Assembly (NCBI GenBank): GCA_904063045.1
Contig: CAJFCJ010000047.1
Coordinates: 1-64,000 of the forward strand
Source of the DNA: Dimorphilus gyrociliatus
Taxonomy: Eukaryota > Animalia > Annelida
DNA: 64,000 nucleotides
Direction of reading: 5' to 3'
Shown here: piece after piece, positions 38,601 to 50,637 of the stretch
Layout of the letters: each line of letters starts with the position of its first letter
Numbering within the stretch: the stretch's first letter is position 1
Notes under the pieces: generated by a model
What the model saw: only the letters and a program-made list of their open reading frames with translations
Told to the model about the DNA's origin: nothing
The model's database searches: none
Made by a program: the position numbers and the translations under genes

Positions 38601-38780
38601 CTAATGTTCGCCCTTCTTCGCATCTATCTTTAAAGCATTTGCCTTTGCTATCGCAGATTTCGCAGTTAGGAACGCAGGATATACAATTGCCGCTATCAGT
38701 TAAACCATATTTAGGTTTGCAGATTATGCAGTTTATACGAATGCCTTGAATTTTGCAATGGCGACAACCAGTACCGCAAT
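35625..38780 (-). pseudogene. Furin-like/VSP-like Cys-repeat surface protein ending in a Ly6/uPAR domain and a GPI-like signal; disrupted
   Basis: More than 20 CxxC-CxxC repeats. The last exon is RCYECSGEEKDC...CCDSDFCN plus a hydrophobic tail. In-frame TAA at 38518-38520 and a deletion/frameshift near 36520; the 5' exon was not found. Confidence 0.8.
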
Positions 38781-39042
38781 CTGGAGAAGAAAAGTTTCAT
38801 TAGAATAGATATTCGGTGTGGTGATTGTAAAACTACAGAATCTGATAACTGTTGAAGATGGAACAATACGTTCATTGGCTGAAAAAACCACATCTATTGC
38901 AATTATCCTATTAAATAGTATATGAGTCATGAAACAATAGATTCATTTTAAAGTGATTTTCTTTATAATTAATTATGAAGAGAATGTAATGTTTATTGGC
39001 AATTTTTACTATTTCAGCAAATGAGTTACATTCTTAACTAAA

Positions 39043-40487
39043 CAATTAATGTCAATAAAGGAGATAATTGCCTTATTATTTCCATAAGGAAAAAATAAAT
39101 CAATCTAAAACTTTGTTTTATAACAGAAAAACAGTGAATGTTTTTTTCTATTCAGTTTTTATTATCTTCTTGAATGAAACTATTTGAAAAAAATGTGTAT
39201 CATCAATTTTCTACTTTTTCTACAATATTGCCAAATTGGTAACAAATAAACTCTTATTTTCAAATAGTCTTTTTTTTCTTATTGTTGCAAAAAAACAGGT
39301 TTTTCAAGATTACCATTCCTGCACAAAGATTCTGAGACTATCCTATTGTATGATTGGTACAACGAAACAAACTTTGGGCCTTTGCTATCATCTACTAAAT
39401 TATACGATAATGGAGGATTAAACAAGTACGGCACAATTTTTGGTACAAACTGTAAAATGAATAAGGATGGTTCAGTCTATTTTGGATTTGAAACCTATTT
39501 AAAAGTAAGATTTTTTTTTTAAAGTTTTTTATGTATAGTTAATTTTTTTTTATATCTAAATGGGACAGATTCTTCATGATTCTGATTTTAGAGCCAATGA
39601 TTTTACTGTTGAGATTGTAACGAAATATCTTTTACCGGCTAATTATCCATCAACTCAGAAGTTTTATTCGTTTAAGAAAGCTGGTCATTTGGGATTAAAA
39701 GTGTCAATGGACGGAGAAGGTGAACTAGTAGTTTCCTACTAGTTATCTGACACTTGGATTCTGTGATGGAGCTTGTCCTACTAAAGATTTTCATGGTAAT
39801 ATTTATGCATTTAAATGGACAAAATCTCTTAAAAGTGATGCTGACATTGCAAACAAATGGCAGGAAAGTTTGTAATATTCTTGCATTTAATTATCTCTAA
39901 TGTTTTTTAAATATTCACCATTCCATCCTTTTATATTACATCATTGTCGATTTAGAATATAATTAGACAATCTGGTTCATATTTTACAAAATTCAGGTAG
40001 AACTAACAGTTTTAAAAGTGGAACAAAACATGTTAGAAACTTTAAAACTACTCATAATCTTATTATTGTAATACACAGAGTAAGTTTTCCTAAAAAAATC
40101 AAATTGTGTTAAAGCATTCAGTTGGATATTTTTGTCGAAAATTTTGCAAATTTAATGGAGATTTTAATTCTCTCTAATTCAAAGATAATCTTTTTTGGAA
40201 CTGGTATAAAAATCCAACAGGAAGTAATTACTTTCTAAAAATTCAATAACATATTGAATAGAGCCACCAAATGTGGATTATAAATCTTTTCGATATTTTT
40301 CAGTTGTCAATATCTAAAGTTTTATCTAGAGAATTTATTGCGCAATTACAACAGTGGCGACACCTATCCCGAGAGGTTTGTATATAATTCAAGGCAAAAA
40401 ATTTAAGATTGATTTGTTTTTGCATTAATAAAACATTGTTTTTCTTATGGAAACATAAGGCAATTGTCTCTTAATTGACACTAATTG
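39043..40487. mobile_element. Possible TIR-bounded (Tc1/pogo-like) element of 1445 bp
   Basis: Imperfect inverted repeats CAATTAATGTCAATAAAGGAGATAATTGCCTTATTATTTCCATAAG and the reverse complement of CAATTAGTGTCAATTAAGAGACAATTGCCTTATGTTTCCATAAG. TA follows the right end. Confidence 0.4.
39193..39875 (+). pseudogene. Three-exon secreted LamG/concanavalin-like gene with an internal deletion
   Basis: MCIINFLLFLQYCQI|GFSRLPF...ILLYDW...|ILHDSDFRANDFTVEIVTKY..., then a frameshift, then LTLGFCDG...DFHGNIYAFKWTKSLKSDADIANKW. Confidence 0.55.
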
Positions 40488-41114
40488 TATTTGTGAGAAA
40501 TCAACAGAAATATCCTTTTAATATTTTATATAATTGTTAGAGTACATTATTTCTCAATTCTAAAAGAGTTGTAGAACTCTTGTTAATTTTTTCTTTAGAT
40601 ACCAAGAAAACATAATTCAATCACTCTTTATACAATCGATTGAAATGGATATTTAAAAGTACTAGTGAAAATAGCTTATTCAGCATTTGTAATAACAAAG
40701 TTTTACTATTCGAATTGAATTCTACCAGCTTTTATGAAAAGAATAATAGCCGATACTTAAAATTTTATTTAAACAGTTAAAACTTTAAAATTGTGTGCAA
40801 AAGACTTTACAACAAATAATCTCCATTCTGAGAAGACTATAGTCATTGGAACAATAGTGTAATAATTCTCCAATCTTTATTTAGGCAAATCAATGATGAT
40901 TTTAGCTTTCAATTATTGAAAATTAATGTAATAGGATTGAAAATAGCCCGCAAAACCATTAACGATTTGAAATATGCTGAAATTTTAAGCAAATCTAAAT
41001 CTTTAGTAAAATAAAAGAAATATTCACACAATCATAATAATAACCAAAGAAAAACCATAATTAGTAATTGCATTTGTGTAGTGATTACAGTCTAGGAGTT
41101 TTATATCTCAAATG

Positions 41115-41314
41115 GGGGTTCGACAGCAAAATGTTCACAAATGAGAGCTTTCAAGACTAGATTTTGAATTGAGAAATGGTTAGGAAGAAGACAGCAACTG
41201 ATTTGTACTTAGGAGGATCTCCTCTAAGGGTTGCGGTAAAAGAAAAAGTTAGCTACAGCCAAGGGCTGGGTTAGGGTTAGGGTAAAAGCACTGATTTGTG
41301 GAAGTTTTAGCAGC
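41115..41314 (+). mobile_element. MITE, GGGGTCGACAG family
   Basis: Aligns along its length to 28062-28268 and contains GGGTTAGGGTTAGGG. Confidence 0.85.
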
Positions 41315-41329
41315 AAAACTTAATTAACT

Positions 41330-41640
41330 GTACATTTAGTTAATATCCGGTTTTTTTGTATATTTTGGATCACACAATTTATCACTACCCCTACAGACCC
41401 AAATTCTCTTTTTTGGATACAACTCAATCCGACTGTCATCAGAAAATATAATTTTGTTTATATTTTCTTTACTCTTGTTTAGCATAGCCTTACAAAAAGC
41501 TTTTCTATTTCTTGGATGGCAAGGTTTTAGTGCTGGCTTACTTGTTGCAACACAGCCTTTAAGGTCATTTTTTTAGTTACATATTAACCCAACATTTGTC
41601 ACAAATTTCATCCAAAATAGTGTTGAAATTCTTCAGATAT
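41330..41640 (-). mobile_element. Tc1 transposase relic
   Basis: DLKGCVATSKPALKPCHPRNRKAFCKAMLNKSKENINKIIFSDDSRIELY. Confidence 0.8.
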
Positions 41641-41840
41641 ATGTAATATGTGATTCATAATTTCATACATCAGAAAGTTGACAATTTGCAATTAGCCTTT
41701 TAAGTTTTTTTAATATTGGAAGAACAACAAATATTCTTATTAAATGAAGCTAAAAGAACTTTTAATATTTCCAACTGTTTCTGTGAAAAAAAAAACAATT
41801 ATCTTATATAAAAAAAAACACCAATAATGAAAATTGCATT

Positions 41841-43340
41841 TTATACATTTTTCAAAAGACTCCAATTCTTATAACTAAATGATAGAAAACTGGAAAGGAA
41901 ACTGTAAAAATAAGGATAAGTTTTTGTTTCTTCATCAAAGCTTTTCATGTATTTCAGATACAAAACAATCATTTCTTCCATCATTTTTTGTTTAGAATCA
42001 AAATGTAATGTTTTCTTAAACATTCTGAAAGTGTTAAAAATACGAAATAGATGAATGGCCATAAAACGTCTTCTTCTATGGTTCATAGTCACGTGCTTAG
42101 TTAGAAATTTAAAGTTCTTATAGATCATCTACAGTAGTTGATTAAGGATAAGAGTTAGTCTATTATGTCTATATTACTCACTTTCCAGTAGGATGTACTT
42201 AAAACATTTGAACAGTTTTTTTTAATTAACTTAACCCTTTTTTGTACTAAGAAATAAAAATAGTAACAATAACTATTTTTCAAATATTCATATACTTTGG
42301 AAAGAATTTCTAAATCTTCACAATTGTCCATCTAAATTTAAAAAAAAAACAGAAACAATGATTTAGACAAAAAGAAGTTTTTCTTTCTTACATCCGTCCA
42401 ATTAAGATCAACAGAAGACAATTGATTATTCTGTGATCATGGTACATAATATATTCTATTATTATAAGAAATTTTAGACAATAGGCCTAAAAATTCAAAT
42501 TTTTTATGATTATCTATAAATTTTTTTTTATAAAAATTGAAATTGTAGATAAAAAATAATGTGACTATTTACCTTAAAAAGCTGTGATCCTCAATTTCTG
42601 TAGGCCTATAAGAATTTAGTATTAAAATTTTTATATTCTTCCATACATTCTCAGGTGAAATATCTTGAATATTTTCAGTATTAAGTTTGCATTCAGATAA
42701 CTCAAGTATTTCTAGATATTTCAAATGGAATAGATATTGAAATTCATCATACTGAATAATAATATCTGACATCTTTTTGAAAACTTTTATATTACTCAAC
42801 ATAAGAATAGGCTTTAATATTTGTTAAAGATATATTTAATTCTTGTAATAAGACTAAATTTTCGCACAACATTTCAAAATGGAAATCATTAATGTCTGTT
42901 CCACAGACATCCAATACTTTTAAATGATGTATTGATTTAATAAAAGCAGTTTCATTTGTAAATTCTTGTTGATAATCTGAAAAGATTAGAGTAGTAATTT
43001 CTCCTTTATTTATATCTTCAAATAATTTGTATATTGGAAAATGAGTAAAATTTCTGAATTCTAAATATTCTATTGGTTGATCTTTGAGAAATGATAAACT
43101 GTCAGCATTTTGAAGACGATTTCCAAATGCAGAAACTTTCTTAAACTTGATTGGTATATTCTGCCAATAGATTAATTGCTGTTCATTCAAACCAATTAAA
43201 TAATGATTTGCAAATGAAATCATCTGTTCACAAAGTTCAAATGGTAATTTTATGTTTTTTTCAAAATAATAATTTGTTATCCTTTGAAAATTTAATGAAA
43301 TAGTTTCCAATGTTAATTTTGATAAACTGCTGACAATTTC
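41841..43340 (-). pseudogene. ZYG11/ZER1-like LRR-ARM gene relic
   Basis: SSLSKLTLETI...IKLPFELCEQMI...LKVLDVCGT...LQELNISLT, a frameshift near 42800, then LRR and helical exons. The 5' end abuts a MITE. Confidence 0.55.
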
Positions 43341-43354
43341 AAAACTTTTTGGTG

Positions 43355-43451
43355 TAGACTGAAATCAATGAAATTGAATTTTTCCTAACCATAAAAAAGC
43401 TCCAAACCTAGCCCTAAAATTTACCTTCAGGGGACATTTTGTCTCGACCCC
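43355..43451 (-). mobile_element. MITE end (GGGGTCGAGACAAAATGTCC type)
   Basis: The reverse complement starts GGGGTCGAGACAAAATGTCCCC and shares a block with 22990-23021. Confidence 0.6.
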
Positions 43452-43468
43452 GGTTTAATAATACTGTG

Positions 43469-43495
43469 CAGTCGCGATAATAGGTGATTATATCA
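43469..43495 (+). mobile_element. Isolated Tc1 TIR of the 7809-8308 family
   Basis: CAGTCGCGATAATAGGTGATTATA. Confidence 0.6.
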
Positions 43496-43664
43496 AGGTT
43501 AACAAATTTTATGTGGAAATGGAAAGTGTTTTTTTCAAAATTTTAAAAACTCCTGTTTTCTAAGTTTTGGCGCGCATTGGAACCGAAAGTATTCATACTT
43601 TTTCAAAATTTCAAAAACTAGGTTATATTATCACTCATTGGATATTAAAACTTCAGAACCTTTA

Positions 43665-43803
43665 GAAGAAGAAGACGGCAACTGATTTGTACCTAGGAGG
43701 GTCTCCTGTAAGGGTTGGGGTAATGGAAAAAGTTAGGCACAGCCAAGGGCTGGGTTAGAGTTAGAGTAAAATTATTGATTTGTGGACTTTTTTTGTCGCA
43801 TTC
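43665..43803 (+). mobile_element. 5'-truncated MITE, GGGGTCGACAG family
   Basis: GCAACTGATTTGTACCTAGGAGG...GATTTGTGGACTTTTTTTGTCGCATTC. Confidence 0.8.
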
Positions 43804-44449
43804 CTCCATTGGAGAACGTACACAACTTTCCCATTGTATTACGATTGTTGGAAACCCTCAGCTGAATGAAATATGGTGTACACTTAGTAGTAAAACTGAA
43901 GAATTTTTCAATTGATTACAGTTTTTAAAAAATTTTTAATCATCTTAATATGCAATACATTTCTGTTTCTACTGTTTAGAATTATCTTTAGAATCCCCAA
44001 AACTGATCCATCTTCTCATCAAATGGATTTTTGAATATTTGCAAAGGGTTGGAAGCTTCTAGAAGCAGTTAATTTAAGCATGAAGTCAAGATGGGCTAAG
44101 TTGCGTATTAATTTTCTTAATTGCAAACTATCTTATGAGCAGAGAGAATTGTTAAGAATTTTTTTAAGTAATTACTTTATAATTATGTAATGAAATTGTT
44201 CTAAATTAGTAACAAAACCTGAATGGAAAATTGGAGAGTTTTTTGATATTTGTGTGAAGGACATTAACAGTCATTCAACACTTTAAAATGTCTGTCTTTA
44301 TCTGTTTAACTGTGATTTAAAAGAAGTGCAACATCAGCAACTTTTCTTTGTCTTGTTTGGGACTAGAAGCTCATTTTATTACTAGTATTTTTCTGATATT
44401 ATTATAATTCTTTGTTATATGGTTATTAGTTTGAATTTTCAGACCATAT

Positions 44450-44710
44450 TTGAATAGAATCTTCTTGGCAGAAAATTGACTTAGTTTGTCTTTGACAGCT
44501 CAGGATAAAGAACTCTTCTGTATTAGAACAAGTTATTGTTTAATTCTCTTCTTTTCATTGTACTGGAAAGCTTACTACCGTCAATCTTTATTTCATTGAA
44601 TTTCAAATATTTTCCTCTCTATATATGTCCTGGCCCACTCAGTGAGAGTTTGTTGTATTTCTTGGTCACAAGATCTCTAATATCTTTACTCCACATCATA
44701 AGAAAGAAAA
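44450..44710 (-). mobile_element. Deleted relic of the Tc1 family found at 62832
   Basis: MMWSKDIRDLVTKKYNK joined directly to LSLSGP, matching MVWSKDIRELVVTKY and FSLSGPD. Confidence 0.7.
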
Positions 44711-45059
44711 AATTGATGAAAATTACTAAAAATATTTTGCCAAAAATATTCATAAATATAAACATTTCCTCAAATTTGTTTAATATTATGTAAATATAAC
44801 TCTTTTTCTACATAAGTTTAGACAAAAGAACTACTTTAGAATGAAGAAACAATTTAATCATTAATGACAATTGATCTAAATTTATTATGCAGATTACTTT
44901 GTAGTTAAATAGTACCAAACAAGCAAAAGATAAATCCTATATCAAATCAGTTTTTGTAAAATCCTTATTTAAGATACTTAAATAGAAACAAAGGTGAATG
45001 TGGCACTTTTGAATGAGTCAGAATTTTCAACAGTTACCTCATAACAAAGTCCAAACTAT

Positions 45060-45600
45060 TTAAACAGAGTTGAATGTAGTTACTTTATTTTCAGTTTCAT
45101 ATTGTAAGTTTTATAATTAAAACAGAAATACCAACAGCTATTCCGAAGATGATTGCAGAGACAGAAAGAGATTTCGCTAAAGATGATTTAGCTCTTGCTT
45201 CCTCATAATTTCCTTTTTCTCTTGAATTTCTGCTTCCGATACTTAGAATTATTGAAGTAATTCCAAGAATAAAACAAAAAATTATGGCAGTTATTCCCCA
45301 AATCTGTTGAAAAAATTATAAAAACAATATATTAAAAATCATTAGCTTTACCAAATTATCAGGGATATCTGGCTGTGGCTGTGACTTTGGTTGTTGTATT
45401 ATTACCCTACTGTCTATTTGATTGGTAATAACTATATCATTAGTAGTAGATGAAACAGTAATGTAGCTCAGAGAAGCATGAGATCTATCTGTTTTCTTAT
45501 TTTTAGCGGAGAGAACAATTTCATCACAGTTTTTTGATTGTTTAGATTGACAATTACATTGTGATAGGATAATTTTCTGTTGAAATGTTTCTGAAGTCAT
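45060..45600 (-). CDS. CD225/dispanin (IFITM/PRRT-like) membrane protein, two exons
   Basis: Intron 45351-45304. PDIPDNL|IWGITAIIFCFILGITSIILSIGSRNSREKGNYEEARAKSSLAKSLSVSAIIFGIAVGISVLII matches the CD225 pattern. Confidence 0.85.
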
Positions 45601-46959
45601 TTTATCAGTATTGTGACTAGTATTTTTAATAATCCACAGTGAGAAATTCTTTTCTTGAAAAGAATACAAATCCCCTTAGTAGACAGAAAAAGGTCTGAGT
45701 GAAAATATAGAACTAGTGTGGGTTATATAATGAAATAGAATAATGCTGAGAATGACTCACCTTTTCAAATAAAAAAAGGGAATTTCTTTTTTTTTCGAGA
45801 GCTAGAGCTATATTATTTTTTTCAATGGAACAAAGGATCGAATATAGAAACTTGAACAATCAAAAAGAAATGAAATGATTTCTTCCAAGAAATTTTGAAA
45901 TAATCAATATTTGATACCCAAAATCCTAATTGTACTAAGTAAGAGTGAAATCATACTAAGGTGAAAGCTATCCAAGTGAAATAGAAAATAGAAATAGAAA
46001 AGGATTGGTAGCGCCATCTGCAGTTTAAAAATGTGTTTACTTGAAATAAAGAAAGCAAACATGAATTATATTATAGAAAGTAAAAGTATTTGTACTTCCT
46101 TTATAATAATCGCTAAAAATTTCACACTCTAACAGAATGACAATATATATTGATTACCAGATATTCTGTCAAAGGCAAAGTGCCATTCCTATTTTTGAGA
46201 TTTTTTACAACAGGGTTAGTACCCGTAACCCTGATTTTTTACATTTACAAATGTATTTGATTTGTATATAAAAAATGCTAAAGAAAGACAATCTTCTTAC
46301 TTTTTTGAGTCTTTGGTGAGCAATTAATGACTTGTCAATGAAAACTCTTTAATTATATAAATGTAAAATATTAATGATTAATTTATCTAAAAAATTGATA
46401 AATTTGAATTACTCCATTTATAGAGACTCTGTACTTGTGGACTATGCATAATAGATATAGGATTAGCTCTTTTGATGAGTCAGAAATTCCAATAGCAATG
46501 CACAATCAAGTTGAAATAACAGTCAGTCCTGCAAAAAGGTAGTTTTGAAAATATCAGCTCATTTTCTACAAATTCCCTTAATTGTATCCCAGAGAGGGGG
46601 AAATTATACCTTGGTCGAAACCACAAAAGCAAAATTGAATACAACATACAGAAACCACATCCACTAAATATATTAGGTACGATCTGAAAGTATTACATGT
46701 TTTGCTCTAATTTTAAAACGGCCTAACTAATACTTTTGGTACTTTCCAAATATATTACTTAATCTGTAAACTTTCATTTGGTTTTGTCAAGCCATTACAA
46801 AATTATTTTGCTGAAAACAACAGCAAGTCATTCTACATGTTCTGATCAGCAAAAAATTATTGCATTCTTAGTCCATGAGAAGGCCTCTTCAAAGAATATT
46901 TACACAAGGTTAAAAATCTATTTTTGGGAATGAAACTCTGAGTGCAAATTCAGTAAGAA

Positions 46960-47497
46960 GGTGGGCTGCTCTAGACAGATCAGAATAAAGAAGCAGTTGA
47001 CAGGCTTATCAGGGAAGATTGAACCACATCTCAGAGATCAATTGCCAAAAAATTAGATATTGGTCAAGAGGATGTTGGTAAGATTATTAAGGAGCTGGGG
47101 TAGAGAAAAATTTGTGCTAAATAGATCCCCTATGATCTTTATCAGGATCAAAAAGAGGTAAGGATGAGTTATTGCACTGAGCTACTTGATATATACAAGG
47201 CAGAAAAAGAAGCATTTTTAGAAAAAATCTTGGGTTCATCTCTTTGATCCTGAATCAAAGAGGACTTCCCTAACCTACAAACACACATCATCTCCACCTG
47301 AAAAAAAGCTAAAAATGACTAAATCGTCTGAAAAACTAATCATATCAGGGGAGTTGAATACGAAAATTTGGATGAGCTAAAAGAAGACATCAGGGAATTT
47401 TTGAGGAGAAAACCATCCGCCTTTTTTCGGAAAGGGATAGAGATCTACTTCCATCCAAAATGGCAGAAATGTATAAACAATGGAGGGGATTATTAAA
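46960..47497 (+). mobile_element. Mariner transposase relic
   Basis: VDRLIRED*TTSQRSIAKKLDIG...RKICAK*IPYDL...WVHLFDPESKR...KWQKCINNGGDY, with deletions. Confidence 0.85.
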
Positions 47498-47589
47498 GAA
47501 TAAAATAGTTAATTTTTTTAGAGTAGAAATTGATATAATAACTTAACTACTATAAATAAAAATACAGTTAGAGTTATATCTGATGAATT

Positions 47590-48560
47590 GCCAGAAAAGT
47601 TTATTTCTTTTAAAAGGTGACTTTGCGCAAAACATTTTTTCTGATCATTGCATTCATTGCTAATAAACTGGCAATAGGATAGATTGATTTCCCTCAATGA
47701 TTCGCATCTCTTAAACAGTAACTCAAGGCTCGAAAACTGCCTCTGTAATGGATATACAGTATATATTTTTTTATATTTTAGTTATTTTGATGTATGAATT
47801 ACAAAAGAAAATCTTACCAGAAAATTTGTTGAAAGACAAGTTTAACTTGATCATATTCTTAAGACACTTGAATAAAACAACATTTTCAAAGTTATACAGC
47901 AATCTTCTAACTCTAACTTTTCCAATAAGTTACTTTCCTCAATCTATTGGTAATCTTGATTCATTTCAATAATTTTGCTAAAATTCATGTGTTTTAGGCG
48001 AAGTTTGCGGATATTCTTAAAAGTGAATATTATATCAGGAATAATGGAAAAAGGTAATTGACAATGTACTCTATTATCAATATGAATTTTTTAAAGTCAA
48101 TCTTTGAAGGATATTTTTGCAATTTGAAATATCTCTTGAAAATTAAATTTTACATTCATCAGTGACAATTTTGTAATTTGCCTTTCTAAAATTGAAACAA
48201 TAAAATTCCAAGCAGCTGTCATTAAAATTATATAGTTTACAATATGTAACTGCTTGAAAATTCTTCATCTTTCAATATCCTTCTTTTTTATTACATATTC
48301 ACGTTGATAAGCATGGACTTTAAATTCTTCCATTCAGCTTCTATCTTCATAAACTGAACTGTAATTAGAATGAAGTTAAAGATTTTTGCAATTTTCCAAA
48401 TATGCAATGAGAGCATATGAAATAGATGGAGCATCTAACTAAAACGAAAATTTGTAGACAACAAGAAAAATTCAAAGCAGGTCGTGGCAGCAATTTGAAA
48501 TTGCATCAATTATATTTAATAAGAGGCATGTCTCGCGTTATGTACTGCATAAATCACATC
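47590..48560 (-). pseudogene. Decayed LRR gene relic
   Basis: Fragments NIRKLRLKHMNF, LEKLELEDCCI, MIKLNLSFNKFSG and CESLREINLSYC, separated by stops. Confidence 0.55.
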
Positions 48561-48621
48561 TTATAACTATATATGCATGTAAAATAACTAATCTTCAACT
48601 AATGTCATTGTTAATGCTCTC

Positions 48622-50384
48622 TCAATCAACAATGATATCAAATTTAGGATGATTCTTAAATATTTCTTCAATTTGTGTAGATTGATTGTCATTCAGGTTA
48701 CAAAAATTAAATTGAATATCCTTTATCATATTTGATGAATGAATTAATCCATCACAAATTGCTAGAATTCCATTTTCCATATCTTTATTCCCATCTAAAT
48801 TGATAAATTCTATTCTGGAAAACTTTTGCAACATTTTTCCAATTTCCACACATTGATTTTCATTTAAATCACAAAAACTAAGTTCAACTGTTTTTAAGGT
48901 ATTTGATGAATGAACTAAACCATCACAAATTTTAAATAATCCATTTCCCATATCTTTATTCCCATCTAAATAAATTAATTCGATTTTAGACAAATTTTCC
49001 AGCATATTTCCAATTTGTATACATTGATTTTCAGTTAGATTACATGAACTTAAATCAATTTCTTTCAAAGTATTTGATGAATAAACAAGCCCTTCACAAA
49101 TTTCTTTTAATCCATTTCCCATATCAGTATTTCTCCATAATCTGATTATTTCAATTTTAGTACAATTTTGTAGTACATTGCCAAGTCTTGTAGATTGATT
49201 TTCAGTTAGATTACACATACCAAAATCAATTTCTTTTAAGGTGTTTGATGAGGGAATGAGTCCGTCACAAATTGCCAAAAGTCCATTACCAGCATTTTTA
49301 TTCCCATCTATTTTGAATACTTCAATATTTTGACAATTAATCAAAAAATTTCCAATTTCTGTAGTTTGTTTCACATTTAGATCACAAGAACTAAAATCAA
49401 TTTTTTTTAAAGTATTTGATGAATAAATAAGTTGATCACAAATTTCTACTAATCCATTTCCCATATTTGTGTTTTTCCATAGTCTGAATACTTCAATTTT
49501 AGAACAATTTTTTAACAAATTTCCTAGTGATCTACATCCCTTTTCATTAAGATTACATGAACTAAAATCAATTTCTTTTAATTTATTTGATGAATGAAGA
49601 AGTTGCTGACAAATTTTTAATAGTTCATTTCCAATATCCTTTTCAAGAAATAACTTAATAACCTCTATGTTAGAACAATTTTCCAACATATTTCCAATTT
49701 GTATACATTGATTTTTAGTTAGTTGGCAGTAACTTAATTCAATTTCTTTTAAATTACTTGATGAATAAATGAGTCCATCACAAATATCAAGCAATCCATT
49801 ACCCATTTTCCTATTCCAACCTAATTTAATAGCTTCAAGTTTAGGACATTTTTTCAGCATCTTTCCTATTTCAGCACATTGCTTTTCATTAAGATCACAT
49901 AAACTCAGGTTGATTTCTTTTAAAGTATTTGATGAATTGACAAGACCATTAGCAATCCTGAACAATCCATTTCCCATGTCTCTATTTCTGCATAATGTAA
50001 TCTTTTCAACTCTAGAACAATATTTCAATGTACTTCCAAGTTTTATATTTTGATTTTCATTTAGATTACAAAAACTAAAATCAATTTCTTTCAAGGTATT
50101 TGATGAGGAGATGAGCCCATCACAAATCTCTAAAAACCCATTTCCCATATCAATATTACTCAATAATCTGACTATTTTAATTTTAGAACAATTTTTCAAT
50201 GTATTTCCAATTTTTGCCCATTCAATTTCATTTAGATGACAATCACTGAAATTAATCTCTTTCAAAGTGTTTTTCGAAGATGCAATTCCATTACAAATAT
50301 TTAAAAATCCTTCTTTCACATCTTCACTTCTTGCTGATCCATTAACTACAATCCTAAAACCATTTTTCAGCATATTTCTGGTTT
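48622..50384 (-). CDS. Ribonuclease-inhibitor-like LRR array (about ten 56-aa units) in one uninterrupted exon
   Basis: Open frame of about 587 codons with alternating 28-aa repeats (SNTLKEIDFSxCxLNExQ / IExIxLxxNxDMGNGLxxICDGL). There is a splice-acceptor-like ttttttgtctatag at the 5' end and an ATG at 50373. Confidence 0.9.
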
Positions 50385-50637
50385 CTATAGACAAAAAATA
50401 AAAACACTTATGAAAGAGTGATATCCTGTTTGGATATTTTTTTTATTATAACCATAGTATCATGGTTTTAGAAAGGTTATAGTGAAATTTGTGGTTACTA
50501 TTGAAAAAAAATGATATGACACACAAGTTATTTTTATAGGGTATGATAATATATATGTATGTAGTCGATGAAGGTAGCAACTAAAATCTAAGGTTTTGTA
50601 ATCAATGAGTAACAATTATAGGATGTCCCTTTTATTT

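Noticed and set aside
40000-41100. Possible GPCR or LRR relic on the minus strand (VLRAIFNPITLIF)
   Set aside because: Only one short motif amid many stops; it cannot be assigned.
49769-50053. Plus-strand ORF inside the LRR gene, and similar antisense ORFs at 17502, 18720, 20070, 21634, 60661, 63115 and 63439
   Set aside because: Opposite-strand shadows of recognised coding sequence.
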